Assembly (NCBI GenBank): GCA_902781215.1 | Contig: CACZIO010000001.1 | Span: forward strand, 57,307 to 121,306 | Direction: 5' to 3' | DNA from: an uncultured Lachnospiraceae bacterium | Lineage (GTDB): Bacteria; Bacillota; Clostridia; Lachnospirales; Lachnospiraceae | DNA: 64,000 bases | Shown here: one piece after another, positions 26,325 through 37,991 of the stretch | Layout: every line of letters starts with the position of its first letter | Numbering within the stretch: position 1 is the first letter of the stretch | Made by a program: the position numbers and the translations under genes | The notes under the pieces: model-generated | Seen by the model: the letters and a program-made list of their open reading frames with translations, nothing else | Told to the model about the DNA's origin: nothing | The model's database searches: none

Positions 26325-27554
26325 ATGCAGATTTTTGAAGAACTTCAGGCCAGAGGCCTGCTGGCGCAGCTGACCGACGAGGACCAGATCCGGGACCTCG
26401 TCAACAACGGCAAGGCGACCTTCTATATCGGATTTGACCCCACGGCGGATTCCCTGCACGTCGGCCACTTTATGGCCCTTTTGCTCATGAAGCGCCTGCA
26501 GGCGGCAGGCAACAGGCCGGTCGCCCTGGTCGGCGGCGGCACGGGCATGATCGGCGACCCCTCCGGCCGCCAGGACCTGCGCACCATGATGACCGTCGAG
26601 CAGATCGACCACAACTGCGAATGCTTCAAAAAGCAGATGAGCCGCTTCATCGAGTTCGGCCCCGACAAGGCCCTCATGGTCAACAACGCCGACTGGCTCC
26701 GCGACCTCAACTACATCGAGTTCATCCGCGACATCGGCGTGCACTTCTCCGTCAACAATATGCTCCGCGCCCGCTGCTACGAGCAAAGGATGGAGAAGGG
26801 CCTTTCCTTTCTGGAGTTCAACTACATGATCATGCAGGCCTACGATTTCCTCTGCCTGTATGAAAAATACGGCTGCAACATGCAGTTCGGCGGCGACGAC
26901 CAGTGGAGCAATATGCTGGCCGGCACCGAGCTGATCCGCAAAAAGCTTGGCGAGGACGCCCATGCCATGACCATCACTCTGCTCCTCAACTCCGAGGGCA
27001 AGAAGATGGGCAAGACCGCCAAGGGCGCTGTCTGGCTCGATCCCGACAAGACCTCTCCCTATGATTTCTACCAGTACTGGAGGAACATCGGTGACGCGGA
27101 TGTTCTCAAGTGCCTGCGCATGATGACCTTCCTGCCCCTCGAGCAGATCGACGAGATGGATAAGTGGGAGGGCGCCCAGCTCAACACCGCCAAGGAGATC
27201 CTGGCCCACGAGCTGACGACCCTGGTCCACGGCGAGGACGAGGCCGTCAAGGCCGAGAAGGGCGCAAAGGCCCTCTTTGCGGCAGGCGGCGCCGGCGACA
27301 TGGAGAATGTCCCCGAGGTGGTCCTGACCGCGGATGACCTGCAGGACGATCAGATCAACATCCTCACCGCCCTGGTCAAGAGCGGCCTGGAGAAATCCCG
27401 CTCCGATGCCCGCCGCGATGTCAAGCAGGGCGGCGTCACCGTCGAGGGCGAGAAGATCACGGATATCGATGCGTCCTTTGACAAGGCGGCACTGGAGAAG
27501 GGAATCCTGATCCGCCGCGGAAAGAAGAGCTACAAGCGCCTGCGCTTTGAATAA
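26325..27554 (+). CDS. tyrS: Tyrosine--tRNA ligase
   Basis: GFDPTADSLHVGH (HIGH), QFGGDDQW, KMGKT (KMSKS-like), C-terminal S4 domain; AGGAGG RBS. Confidence 0.98.
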   Translation: MQIFEELQARGLLAQLTDEDQIRDLVNNGKATFYIGFDPTADSLHVGHFMALLLMKRLQAAGNRPVALVGGGTGMIGDPSGRQDLRTMMTVEQIDHNCECFKKQMSRFIEFGPDKALMVNNADWLRDLNYIEFIRDIGVHFSVNNMLRARCYEQRMEKGLSFLEFNYMIMQAYDFLCLYEKYGCNMQFGGDDQWSNMLAGTELIRKKLGEDAHAMTITLLLNSEGKKMGKTAKGAVWLDPDKTSPYDFYQYWRNIGDADVLKCLRMMTFLPLEQIDEMDKWEGAQLNTAKEILAHELTTLVHGEDEAVKAEKGAKALFAAGGAGDMENVPEVVLTADDLQDDQINILTALVKSGLEKSRSDARRDVKQGGVTVEGEKITDIDASFDKAALEKGILIRRGKKSYKRLRFE

Positions 27555-27602
27555 TGGGGGAAAGCACAGACACAGCACGCTGATGCGCTGCCGTGTCTGT
27601 GC

Positions 27603-27632
27603 AGAAGCCGATGCAGGCATCGGCTTCTATTG
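27603..27632 (+). terminator. Hairpin, probable terminator after tyrS
   Basis: agaagccgat/atcggcttct 10-bp stem with a short U-tract (ctattg). Confidence 0.5.
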
Positions 27633-27686
27633 ATCCCATCGGAGAAAACGCATCCGCGTTTTCTCCTCGGGTATAAAGGAGGTAGT

Positions 27687-29342
27687 ATGAACGGTGCGGA
27701 TGCAATGGTGAAATGCCTTGCCGCCGAGGGGGTGGAGTATGTGTTCGGTTATCCGGGCGTGGCGATCTGTCCCTTCTTTGACAGCATTTTACAGACAGAT
27801 ATCCATACAATCCTGATCCGGCAGGAGCAGTGCGCGGCCCACGCGGCCAGCGGCTATGCGCGGATCACGGGCAGGGTCGGTGTCGCGGTCGCGACCAGCG
27901 GCCCCGGCGCGACCAACCTGATCACCGGCATCGCGACGGCCTTTGCGGACAGTATTCCGCTGGTCTGTATCACGGGTCAGGTCGACAGCCAGATGATGGG
28001 CAGCGATGTGTTCCAGGAGGCGGATATTTCCGGCGCCTGCGAATCCTTCGTCAAATACAGCTACATCGTGCGCAATGTGGCGGATGTCCCCCGGATCGTG
28101 AAGGAGGCCTTCCACATCGCCAATACCGGCCGCAAGGGCCCGGTCCTGATCGACTTCCCGGTCGATGTCCAGCAGCAGACCATCCGCCACTTCGAATATC
28201 CGGAGACGGTCAATCTGCGGACCTACAAGCCCACGGTCGCGGGACACGCGGTCCAGATCAAGAAGGTCATCCATCAGCTGGAGCGGGCCAAGCGCCCCAT
28301 CATCTGCGTGGGCGGCGGTGTGCATCTGAGCAATGCCGCGGACCAGGTCCTGCAGTTTGTGGACCAGAACGAGATCCCCGTTGTCAGCACCATGATGGGT
28401 CTGTCCGCCATTCCGACGGAGCATCCCCTGTTCTACGGCATGGTCGGCAACAACGGCAAGCCCTACGGCAACCGGGCCATGAACAACGCCGACATGGTCA
28501 TCATGGTGGGCGCCCGCGTCGCGGACCGGTCCATCAGCCAGCCCGATCTCATCCTGGAGAACAAGGTCCTGGTGCACATCGACGTGGATCCCGCCGAGAT
28601 CGGCAAGAACGCCGGCCCCACCATTCCCCTGGTCGGCGATATCAAACATGTCTTTGAGGAGTTCAACAAGATCGAGTTCCAGGCGGACTATTCCGACTGG
28701 ATCGATATGCTGGACGGCTTCAAGGACGCCGCGCGGGACGCCAAGCGCCGCCGCATGTTCGAGCGCGAGGAGGACATCGTCAACCACAACCGGTCCTACC
28801 ACGGCGTCAACCCCGTCGACTTCATCCGCCAGCTCTCCCTGGCCATGGACGACGACGCCGTCTATGTGGCGGACGTCGGCCAGAACCAGATGTGGTCATG
28901 TTCCAATTATGTGGCCCGCGGCGGCCGCTTTATGACCAGCGGCGGCATGGGCACCATGGGCTATGCCCTGCCGGCAGCCATGGGTGCCAAGGTCGCGGCC
29001 CCCGGACGCCAGGTCGTGGCCGTGTGCGGCGACGGCGGCTTCCAGATGACCATGCAGGAGCTGGCCACGGTCATGCAGTACAAGATCCCGGTCAAGCTGG
29101 TCATTCTCAAGAACACGGTCCTGGGCCTGGTGCGCCAGTACCAGCACTATAACTACAAGGACCGCTACTCCGTGATCGACCTGGGGGCTCTGCCGGACCT
29201 CTCCATGATCGCGAAGGCCTACGGCATCGGCTACCTCAAGATCGACAACGCGTCGGAGACGGACGAGAAGCTGGCCGCCTTCCTGGACAAGGACGAGTCC
29301 ATGATCCTGGAGGTCACCGTCGACCGCGACGAACTCTGCTGA
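27687..29342 (+). CDS. ilvB: Acetolactate synthase large subunit
   Basis: FGYPG, RQEQCAAHAA, TSGPGATN, GGMGTMG, GDGGFQM ThDP motif. Confidence 0.96.
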   Translation: MNGADAMVKCLAAEGVEYVFGYPGVAICPFFDSILQTDIHTILIRQEQCAAHAASGYARITGRVGVAVATSGPGATNLITGIATAFADSIPLVCITGQVDSQMMGSDVFQEADISGACESFVKYSYIVRNVADVPRIVKEAFHIANTGRKGPVLIDFPVDVQQQTIRHFEYPETVNLRTYKPTVAGHAVQIKKVIHQLERAKRPIICVGGGVHLSNAADQVLQFVDQNEIPVVSTMMGLSAIPTEHPLFYGMVGNNGKPYGNRAMNNADMVIMVGARVADRSISQPDLILENKVLVHIDVDPAEIGKNAGPTIPLVGDIKHVFEEFNKIEFQADYSDWIDMLDGFKDAARDAKRRRMFEREEDIVNHNRSYHGVNPVDFIRQLSLAMDDDAVYVADVGQNQMWSCSNYVARGGRFMTSGGMGTMGYALPAAMGAKVAAPGRQVVAVCGDGGFQMTMQELATVMQYKIPVKLVILKNTVLGLVRQYQHYNYKDRYSVIDLGALPDLSMIAKAYGIGYLKIDNASETDEKLAAFLDKDESMILEVTVDRDELC

Positions 29343-29478
29343 ACACAAGATGCCGCCTGACCGGGAATGCTCCGGTGCAGGACATGTTCCATCCGGGAGA
29401 TGATCCGGATCCGAATATTGATCTGCCCCGGACATGCTATGCATATTCCCCGGAAAGGCGAAGGGAGGTTATACACAG

Positions 29479-29967
29479 ATGAAAAGAATATATTCCATTC
29501 TGGTCGAAAACCGCGCCGGCGTCCTGTGCAAGACAGCAGGTCTGTTCTGGAGGCGCTGTTTCAATATCGATTCCATCACCGTCGGCGAGACCGACGACAA
29601 AGAGGTCTCGAGCATGGTCATCGTCAGCTCCGGCGACGAACGCACGCTCGAACAGATCGAAAAACAGCTCAACAAGAAACTGGATGTCATCAAGGTCAAG
29701 ACCTTCGATGAGTCCGAGAGCATCAACCGCGAGCTCCTCCTGGTCAAGGTCAAATACAACCGCGGCAACCGGCGCGACATCATGGACAACTGCCAGATCA
29801 TGGGGGCCCGGATCGTCGACATGTCCCGGAATCTCATGATGATCGAGATGTGTGACACGCCGGAGAGAGTCTCCATCTTCCTCGACACCCTCAAGTCTGT
29901 CAGCATCGTCGAGATCACCCGGACCGGTGTCCTGGCTATGACCAAATGCGGCGAGCACGGGGCGTAA
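29479..29967 (+). CDS. ilvN: Acetolactate synthase small (regulatory) subunit, divergent paralog 1
   Basis: ENRAGVL...NIDSITV ACT domain, QIEKQLNK, RELLLVKV, EITRTG. Confidence 0.9.
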   Translation: MKRIYSILVENRAGVLCKTAGLFWRRCFNIDSITVGETDDKEVSSMVIVSSGDERTLEQIEKQLNKKLDVIKVKTFDESESINRELLLVKVKYNRGNRRDIMDNCQIMGARIVDMSRNLMMIEMCDTPERVSIFLDTLKSVSIVEITRTGVLAMTKCGEHGA

Positions 29968-30030
29968 GACACCCTTTCATGGCGGCTGCAGGATTTGAAA
30001 ACGGCTGAATGCCTGACAAAAGAACACTTG

Positions 30031-30059
30031 TTGACTTTAGCGCGCCACAGCGCTATAAT
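30031..30059 (+). promoter_or_regulatory. Sigma-A promoter for ilvN2(-ilvC)
   Basis: TTGACT-17 nt-TATAAT. Confidence 0.85.
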
Positions 30060-30150
30060 GTCTTTCGTTACGCACTTTGTGTGAATAGTTGCGCCTTCCG
30101 TCACAGAGTTAGGACCCTGGTCTCTGCCGGAAGAAGAAGGAAATAGAAGT

Positions 30151-30705
30151 ATGTCTGAAACAATGAAGCAAACAAAAGTATTTCAGATCCTTGTCGACAA
30201 CAACTCCGGTGTCCTGAGCCGGATCGCCGGCCTGTTCTCGCGCCGCGGATACAACATCGAGAGTATCTCCGCGGGCGTCACCGGAGACCCCAGGATCACC
30301 AGGATCACCATTGTTACATCCGGTGATGACGACATCATGGAGCAGATCGAGAAGCAGGTCAGCAAGCTGATCGACGTCCGCGACATCCACGAGCTCAAAC
30401 CGGAGGAGAGCGTCTACCGCGAACTGGCCATGATCAAGGTCCGCGCCGATGCCTCCCAGCGTGAGAATGTCATCGCGCTGGCCGGGATTTTCCGCGGCAA
30501 CATCATCGACGTCTCTCCGGAGAGCCTGATGATCGAGATCACCGGCAACTCCGGCAAGGTCGACGCCTTTATCCGCCTGATCAGCGGCTATGAGATCCTG
30601 GAGCTGGCCAGGACCGGCGTGGCTGGCCTGGGCCGCGGGACCAAAAACGTCGTCTATGTCAATGACCTCCGCCTGGGCGCGGGTGTTGACAGCAGCCCGG
30701 CGTAA
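30151..30705 (+). CDS. ilvN: Acetolactate synthase small subunit, canonical paralog 2
   Basis: DNNSGVLSRIAGLFSRRGYNIESI, QIEKQVSKL, RELAMIKV, ELARTG. Confidence 0.93.
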   Translation: MSETMKQTKVFQILVDNNSGVLSRIAGLFSRRGYNIESISAGVTGDPRITRITIVTSGDDDIMEQIEKQVSKLIDVRDIHELKPEESVYRELAMIKVRADASQRENVIALAGIFRGNIIDVSPESLMIEITGNSGKVDAFIRLISGYEILELARTGVAGLGRGTKNVVYVNDLRLGAGVDSSPA

Positions 30706-30820
30706 AGATCCGGAACTTGTGACGGCAAAAGCTTTGTGCAGCCATGCGCGCGCAGGCAGCTCTCCCTGCAGCCGGCCGTTTTTCTCCTGCAGACTGAAAA
30801 TGCAGGATGAAGATCACTGA

Positions 30821-31927
<1,107 letters not shown>

Positions 31928-32026
31928 TCACTGTTGAGACTTTGACGCGGTTCACGGATCAGTGAACTGCACAGGATATGTATCTGACCGGCGGTCCTGA
32001 TCACCGGTCCTGATCACATAAAACAG

Positions 32027-32065
32027 AAAAAAGGCCTGCGGGACATAGCTTCCGCAGGTCTTTTC
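32027..32065 (+). terminator. Intrinsic terminator after ilvC
   Basis: aggcctgcgg/ccgcaggtct stem with A-run upstream and tttt downstream. Confidence 0.75.
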
Positions 32066-32153
32066 AACATCCGGATGCCTGCGCACTTGTGTGACCCGGC
32101 ATGGCCGGAAGCAGGAAAATGTTGACGGGATGCAGGCATGGGAGGAAGCTTTT

Positions 32154-32858
32154 ATGAATGAATTACAGCGGTACGAAGCGTTGGAGACCGTGGAGGTCAA
32201 CGGGGTCTGCCTGCATTATGCCAGGGCGGGAAAGGGCCGGCCGGTCGTGCTGGTGCATGGAAATGCCGAGGACCACCACCTTTTTGATACGGAGATCGAG
32301 CAGCTGGTGGAGGCGGGATATGAGGTCTATGCGCCGGACTCCAGGGGGCACGGCGCCAACGAGCCGATGGACGAGTACCACTATGAGGAGATGGCCGAGG
32401 ATATCTATCAGTTCATCCGGGCCATGGGCCTGGAGAGGCCGGCCCTCTACGGGCACAGCGACGGCGGCATTCTGGCCCTGATGCTGGAGATCCGCCACCC
32501 GGGAACGCTGGGAACCATGGCGATCAGCGGAACCAACCTGTCTCCGGAAGGGATCGATCCCGGTTTCATCGCGGAATATACGGCCCTCAATGAAAAGGAG
32601 CCGGACCCGCTGGTGACCCTGATGCTGACGGAGCCCCATATCGCGCCGGAGACCCTGCGCGGCATCACGATCCCGGTCCTGGTTACAGCGGGGGACAATG
32701 ACCTGATCCTGCGCCGGGAGACGGACCGGATCGTGGAAAACCTCCCCGATGCGGAGCTGGTGATCGTGGAGGGAGCCGACCACGGCAGTTATATTGTCGA
32801 CAGCAGGGTCATGGGAGAGATGCTCATTGACTTTTTCGAGCGGCACTATCGCGCATGA
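32154..32858 (+). CDS. Alpha/beta fold hydrolase
   Basis: LVHGN, DSRGHG, GHSDGG nucleophile elbow, GDND, ADHG (Ser-Asp-His triad plausible). Confidence 0.9.
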   Translation: MNELQRYEALETVEVNGVCLHYARAGKGRPVVLVHGNAEDHHLFDTEIEQLVEAGYEVYAPDSRGHGANEPMDEYHYEEMAEDIYQFIRAMGLERPALYGHSDGGILALMLEIRHPGTLGTMAISGTNLSPEGIDPGFIAEYTALNEKEPDPLVTLMLTEPHIAPETLRGITIPVLVTAGDNDLILRRETDRIVENLPDAELVIVEGADHGSYIVDSRVMGEMLIDFFERHYRA

Positions 32859-33112
32859 CATTTCTGGAGATCCTTTCCGGGATTCCATCTACTGTTTCCG
32901 GGCATGACACGCCGGGACGCCTTTGAGAAACTGCCACTGCAAGGGGATTTTTCAGCAAAAGCCGTGAAACAAAGGCCGCGGGCCGCAGACTGTCTGAACA
33001 AGAGCGATTTGCAATCCGTGGGATTTGTGGTATTGTTAAATTTATGAAAATTTTCCCTTTTGCACAGGGAGACTGTTTTTCTTTTGCACTTAAAATGCGG
33101 GAGCGAGAGCCT

Positions 33113-33742
33113 ATGATTGCTTTTTTATCCGGAACGATCGAGAGTCTGACAGCGGATACGGCCGTGATCGATGTCGGAGGGGTCGGCTATGAGGTGAATA
33201 TTTCTGCCGAGGTCTCCAGCGGGCTCTCCACGATCGGAACCGGGAACGCCGTCAAGCTTTATACATATACCTATATCCGGGAGGGGCAGGTCGCACTCTT
33301 CGGCTTCATGTCGCGCGATGATCTGTCCCTGTTCAGACAGCTGATCACGGTCAGTGGGATCGGGCCGAAGGGCGGACTGAGCCTGCTGTCGGTCCTGAGC
33401 GCGGATGACCTGCGCTTCGCCATTGTGACCGGGGACGCGAAGATGATCGCGCGCGCGCCGGGTATCGGCAAAAAGACTGCGGAGCGCCTGATCCTTGACC
33501 TGCGGGACAAAATCTCCTCCGCCTACGCGCCCGCGCAGGATGATATGGGGGCAGACCTCTTCCCCGGCGGGGCAGGGCCGGACGGCCGGCACGGCGCGGA
33601 GACCGGGACGCCGGTCTCGGATGCTGTCGAGGCCCTCATCGCCCTCGGCTATTCCAGGGCGGAGGCATCGCACGCCGTGAAACGGTGCGGGGAGACACAG
33701 GACACGGAAAAGATCCTGCGCGCTGCGCTCCGATATCTGTGA
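33113..33742 (+). CDS. ruvA: Holliday junction branch migration protein RuvA
   Basis: DVGGVGYEV, VSGIGPKGGL, PGIGKKTAERLILDL, ALIALGY. Confidence 0.96.
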   Translation: MIAFLSGTIESLTADTAVIDVGGVGYEVNISAEVSSGLSTIGTGNAVKLYTYTYIREGQVALFGFMSRDDLSLFRQLITVSGIGPKGGLSLLSVLSADDLRFAIVTGDAKMIARAPGIGKKTAERLILDLRDKISSAYAPAQDDMGADLFPGGAGPDGRHGAETGTPVSDAVEALIALGYSRAEASHAVKRCGETQDTEKILRAALRYL

Positions 33743-33829
33743 TCAGGACGCGGAATATTTTGACCATTTTTTGATAAGATGCCGGACAGCGGCAGAAAAG
33801 ACCCCTTTTAAAGGAATCGTATTCGCTAT

Positions 33830-34837
33830 ATGGAACGAAGAGTGATTGAGACAAGATTTACCGCCGAGGACGCGAGGACAGAAAATTCCCTCCGGCCCAG
33901 GCGGCTGACAGAATATATCGGCCAGGAAAGGATCCGGGAGAACCTCCTGATCTCCATCGCGGCTGCCAAACAGCGCGGCGAGCCCCTCGACCACATCCTC
34001 TTCTACGGGCCGCCCGGTCTGGGCAAGACGACGCTGGCGGGTATCATCGCCAACGAGATGGGGGTCAACCTCCGGGTCACCAGCGGGCCGGCGATCGAGA
34101 AACCCGGTGAGATGGCGGCGGTCCTGAATGGTCTGGGGGAGGGCGACATCCTGTTCGTGGATGAGATCCACCGCCTCAACAAGCAGGTGGAAGAGGTCCT
34201 GTACCCGGCCATGGAGGATTACGCGATCGATATCCTAGTGGGAAAGGGGGCGGACGCCAGGTCGATCCGGCTCAACCTCCCCCGCTTTACCCTGATCGGG
34301 GCGACCACGCGGGCGGGCCTTTTGTCGGCTCCTCTCCGGGACCGCTTCGGGGAGATCCACCGACTGGAATTCTACACACCGGAGGAGCTGCGGATGATCA
34401 TTGAGAACTCCGCGAAAAAGCTCGATGTGGCCATTGCGAGTGAGGGGGCCCTGGAGCTGGCCCGCCGCAGCCGCGGCACGCCGCGCCTGGCCAACCGCAT
34501 CCTCAAGCGAGTGCGGGATTTCGCCCAGGTCCGCTATGACGGTGTGATCACGGAGGCCGTGGCCAATACGGCCCTGGACCTGATGGAGGTGGACAAGATG
34601 GGATTGGACCGGTCGGACCGGCGCTTCCTTCTGACCCTCATGGAGACCTTCGGCGGCGGGCCCGCGGGCCTCGACACCCTGGCGGCCTCGATCGGCGAGG
34701 ATGCCGGCACCATCGAGGACCTGATCGAGCCCTACCTGTTGCAGAACGGCTTTATCAACCGGACGCCGCGCGGCCGCATGGCGACCGCCCGCGCCTACGC
34801 CCATATGGGACTGGATGTGCCCGCCGGCATCGTGTGA
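33830..34837 (+). CDS. ruvB: Holliday junction helicase RuvB
   Basis: [38 protein letters not shown]. Confidence 0.98.
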   Translation: MERRVIETRFTAEDARTENSLRPRRLTEYIGQERIRENLLISIAAAKQRGEPLDHILFYGPPGLGKTTLAGIIANEMGVNLRVTSGPAIEKPGEMAAVLNGLGEGDILFVDEIHRLNKQVEEVLYPAMEDYAIDILVGKGADARSIRLNLPRFTLIGATTRAGLLSAPLRDRFGEIHRLEFYTPEELRMIIENSAKKLDVAIASEGALELARRSRGTPRLANRILKRVRDFAQVRYDGVITEAVANTALDLMEVDKMGLDRSDRRFLLTLMETFGGGPAGLDTLAASIGEDAGTIEDLIEPYLLQNGFINRTPRGRMATARAYAHMGLDVPAGIV

Positions 34838-34941
34838 GAGACCGGCTGCCGGCGGAACCGGGAGTCTGCAGTTTTTATCCCACCGCATATAGAAGCGGGG
34901 TCCTTCCCCCACTGAGATCAATAAGAAAATGAGGTAGAGAA

Positions 34942-35286
34942 ATGGCTTCCAAGACGGCAACCAAAGTAACGATCGGCGGCAAGACCTATACCCTGAGCGG
35001 CAATGAGAGTGAGGCGTATCTGCAGGAGGTCGCGGCCTACCTGAATGAGAAGATCGCCCAGCTGCGAAGTGACGAGGACTACCGGACGGTGCCCATGGAC
35101 ATGCGCAATGTCCTGCTCCAGCTGAACCTGGCGGATGACTACTTCAAGGCCAGGAGTGAGATCCGCCGCCTGCAGAAGGCTGTGGAGGAGCGTGAACAGG
35201 ATCTGTCGGACCTCAAGCATGAGCTGGTCGCGACACAGATGAAGCTGGAGGCGGCATCGCTCCGCCAGGACAGCGCCGCGAATTAA
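34942..35286 (+). CDS. zapA: Cell division protein ZapA
   Basis: KVTIGGKTYTLSG, YLQEVAAYLNEKI, LQLNLADDY, coiled coil. Confidence 0.88.
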   Translation: MASKTATKVTIGGKTYTLSGNESEAYLQEVAAYLNEKIAQLRSDEDYRTVPMDMRNVLLQLNLADDYFKARSEIRRLQKAVEEREQDLSDLKHELVATQMKLEAASLRQDSAAN

Positions 35287-35310
35287 TCTTCTTTTTGTAT
35301 GAGTAAAAAA

Positions 35311-37962
35311 ATGAACAATACGGCGTATACACACCGCAGGGTGGAGCTTCTGGCACCGGCGGGCAGCAGAGAGGCTCTGACCGGCGCCCTGAGCGCCGGC
35401 GCGGATGCCGTCTATCTGGGCGGGGAGCAGTTCGGCGCCCGCGCCTACGCTGAAAATTTTTCCACAGAAGACATACTCCTCGCGCTCAGACAGGCCCATG
35501 TCCTGGGCAGGAGGATCTATCTGACCGCCAATATCCTGACCAGGGAGGAGGAACTGCCGGACCTGGTCCGCTTTGTAAAAACGCTGTATGAAGGCGGCCT
35601 GGACGGGGTCATCGTGCAGGATACCGGCGTTCTGTCCGCCCTGCGGGAGGCATGTCCGGGACTGCCCCTGCACGCCAGCACCCAGATGTCGGTGACCTCG
35701 GCGGAGGCGGTCCGTTACCTGCGCAGATACGGAGTCTGCCGCGTCGTTCCCGCCAGGGAGCTGTCCCTGCAGGAGCTGCGCACCCTGCGGCAGGAGGACC
35801 CGCAGATCGAGATCGAGACATTTATCCACGGGGCCATGTGCTATTCCTGCTCGGGCAGGTGCCTCATGTCCAGCTTTCTGGGCGGCAGGAGCGGCAACCG
35901 GGGACGCTGTGCGGGAACCTGCCGGCTGCCCTTCCGGGTCCTGAACGGGGACGGGATCCCTGCCGGTCCGGATGCCCGCCGCAGGGAAGTCTGGCCTCTC
36001 TCCATGAAGGACATGTGTGTGCTCTCCATCCTGCCGGACCTGATCGATGCGGGTGTCGACTCCTTTAAAATTGAAGGACGGATGAAAAAGCCGGTCTACG
36101 CCGCCGGCGTGACGGCCGTCTACCGCAAGTATATCGACCGCTTTTACGCCTGGGACAGGGAGGGGAGACAGACGCCCTGGGAGGTCGAAAAGGCGGATCT
36201 GGACATGCTCCGCCGGCTCTATATCCGCACGGACCTGGGGACCGGCTATTACCGCACCCGGAACGGGCGGGACCTGATCACCATCGGCAGGCCCGGCTAT
36301 GCCGGGACGGATGAGGCGCTGGAAGAGGAGATCCGCAGAAAATATCTGACCGGTCTCCCCCGCCTTCCCATTGAGGGCAGGGCTGTTTTCCGGATCGGTG
36401 AGCCTGCCCGGCTCAGGGTCCGCCTGCAGTCCGGTCCGGATGCGCGCGGGGCTTCCTGCCAGGCATCATCCCCGTTATCGGAGATCCTGATCACGGGCGC
36501 GGCTGTCCAGGAGGCCTCCGGCAGGCCCATGGACGCAGCGGAGCTGGAGCGCCGCCTGTCCAGGACCGGCGACAGCCTGTTTGACTTTGCCCGCCTGGAA
36601 GTCGAGGCGGACCCGCAGGTCTTTTTGCCGGTCAGCGCAGTCAACGCGCTCAGGCGAGAGGCCCTTCAGGCGCTGGAGCGCCTCTTGACGGAAAAAGACA
36701 GGGCCGGCGATCAAAAGGCCGGGGCCGGCCGGACACAGGCACCTGCGGTGGAAGGCACGCGGACAGAGAGCGCGCAGGCAGAAAACAGGCAGACACAGGC
36801 TCCTGTGAAAGCTCCCGCGCGGACAGACAGCGCGCAGGCAGAAGCTGCGGCGCAGACTGCCCCGCAGATGGAAAGCGCGGAAACAGAGCCGGGGAGACAG
36901 AACTTCCAGGAGCTGTGGGCGCTTGTTTGTACAGAGGCCCAGATGGAGGCAGCAGTACGGGCGGGCGCTTCCTGCGTCATCATCGACGGAGAGTTTGAGC
37001 CGCCCGCGGTCCGGACATCCCTCGCCGGCAGCGGAGAAAATTTAAGGGAAAAGACACAAAAGGGAAACAAGTCTGCCTTACAATCGGCTGGAATCCGCTG
37101 GATCCGCGCCCTGCCGCCCATCCTGCGGACGGCGGAGCGGGACATGATCCGCAGCCGGATCCTGTGCGCCCGCAGCCGGGGCTTCTCCGGGATCCTGGTC
37201 AGGAATCTGGAGGAGCTGCAGCTGGCAAAGGAGACGGGATATGCGGATGAGATCATCGCGGATTCCTCCCTCTACAGCTGGAACGGCAGGTCCATGGGGG
37301 CCCTCTTGGAGGACTGCGGCAGGATCGTCTGTTCCCTGGAACTGAATCAGAGCGACACAGTCAGTGCCGCGCGCGCCGCTGAGGCGGCCGGCAGCACCGG
37401 ACCTGTCCCGGGCAGACTGGTCCTGCCGGTCTACGGCCGGATCCCCATGATGGAGAGCGCGGGCTGCGTGCGTAAGACGGAGAAAGCCTGTGACCACCGG
37501 GGCGGCTTCTGGTACTTGGAGGACCGCATGGGCAGGCAGCTCCCTGTGCGCTGCCGGTGCGAGACATGCTCCAATACCATTTACAACGCGGTGCCCCTCT
37601 CGCTCCATCAGTTTGCAGGCAGGGGATTATTTAAGCAGGCATCCGCCCTTCTGTGCATGTTCACGACCGAGGATGCCTTGGAAACGGAACAGATCACGGG
37701 CTTTTTCGGAGGACTGCGCAGTCAGGCCGGTTCCCTGACAGGCAGCGCCGGCGGCGGTCCCGGTATGATGCATACAGCAGAGGACAGAGGAGAAACCGGC
37801 AGGAAGACAGCCGGCGCTCCGGACAGCCGGAATCAAGAAAAGAAAAACAAAAAGAAGAACAAAAACAAGGATAAGAGCAGACAGACGCGGACCGGAGGCC
37901 TGCCGCAGACACTTCCGTTTGCCGAATTCACGAACGGACACTTCAGGAGCGGCGCCCTGTAG
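35311..37962 (+). CDS. U32 family Fe-S protein with DUF3656-like region (RlhA-like RNA hydroxylase)
   Basis: ELLAPAG, GADAVYLG, HGAMCYSCSGRC, RGRCAGTCR, KIEGRMK; start is 35299 or 35311. Confidence 0.85.
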   Translation: MNNTAYTHRRVELLAPAGSREALTGALSAGADAVYLGGEQFGARAYAENFSTEDILLALRQAHVLGRRIYLTANILTREEELPDLVRFVKTLYEGGLDGVIVQDTGVLSALREACPGLPLHASTQMSVTSAEAVRYLRRYGVCRVVPARELSLQELRTLRQEDPQIEIETFIHGAMCYSCSGRCLMSSFLGGRSGNRGRCAGTCRLPFRVLNGDGIPAGPDARRREVWPLSMKDMCVLSILPDLIDAGVDSFKIEGRMKKPVYAAGVTAVYRKYIDRFYAWDREGRQTPWEVEKADLDMLRRLYIRTDLGTGYYRTRNGRDLITIGRPGYAGTDEALEEEIRRKYLTGLPRLPIEGRAVFRIGEPARLRVRLQSGPDARGASCQASSPLSEILITGAAVQEASGRPMDAAELERRLSRTGDSLFDFARLEVEADPQVFLPVSAVNALRREALQALERLLTEKDRAGDQKAGAGRTQAPAVEGTRTESAQAENRQTQAPVKAPARTDSAQAEAAAQTAPQMESAETEPGRQNFQELWALVCTEAQMEAAVRAGASCVIIDGEFEPPAVRTSLAGSGENLREKTQKGNKSALQSAGIRWIRALPPILRTAERDMIRSRILCARSRGFSGILVRNLEELQLAKETGYADEIIADSSLYSWNGRSMGALLEDCGRIVCSLELNQSDTVSAARAAEAAGSTGPVPGRLVLPVYGRIPMMESAGCVRKTEKACDHRGGFWYLEDRMGRQLPVRCRCETCSNTIYNAVPLSLHQFAGRGLFKQASALLCMFTTEDALETEQITGFFGGLRSQAGSLTGSAGGGPGMMHTAEDRGETGRKTAGAPDSRNQEKKNKKKNKNKDKSRQTRTGGLPQTLPFAEFTNGHFRSGAL
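36732..36843 (+). repeat. Imperfect 60-bp tandem duplication inside the U32 gene (20-aa unit)
   Basis: RTQAPAVEGTRTESAQAE / QTQAPVKAPARTDSAQAE at 60-nt period. Confidence 0.8.
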
Positions 37963-37991
37963 ACAGACAGCCGGCGGCTTGAGAGAAAACT

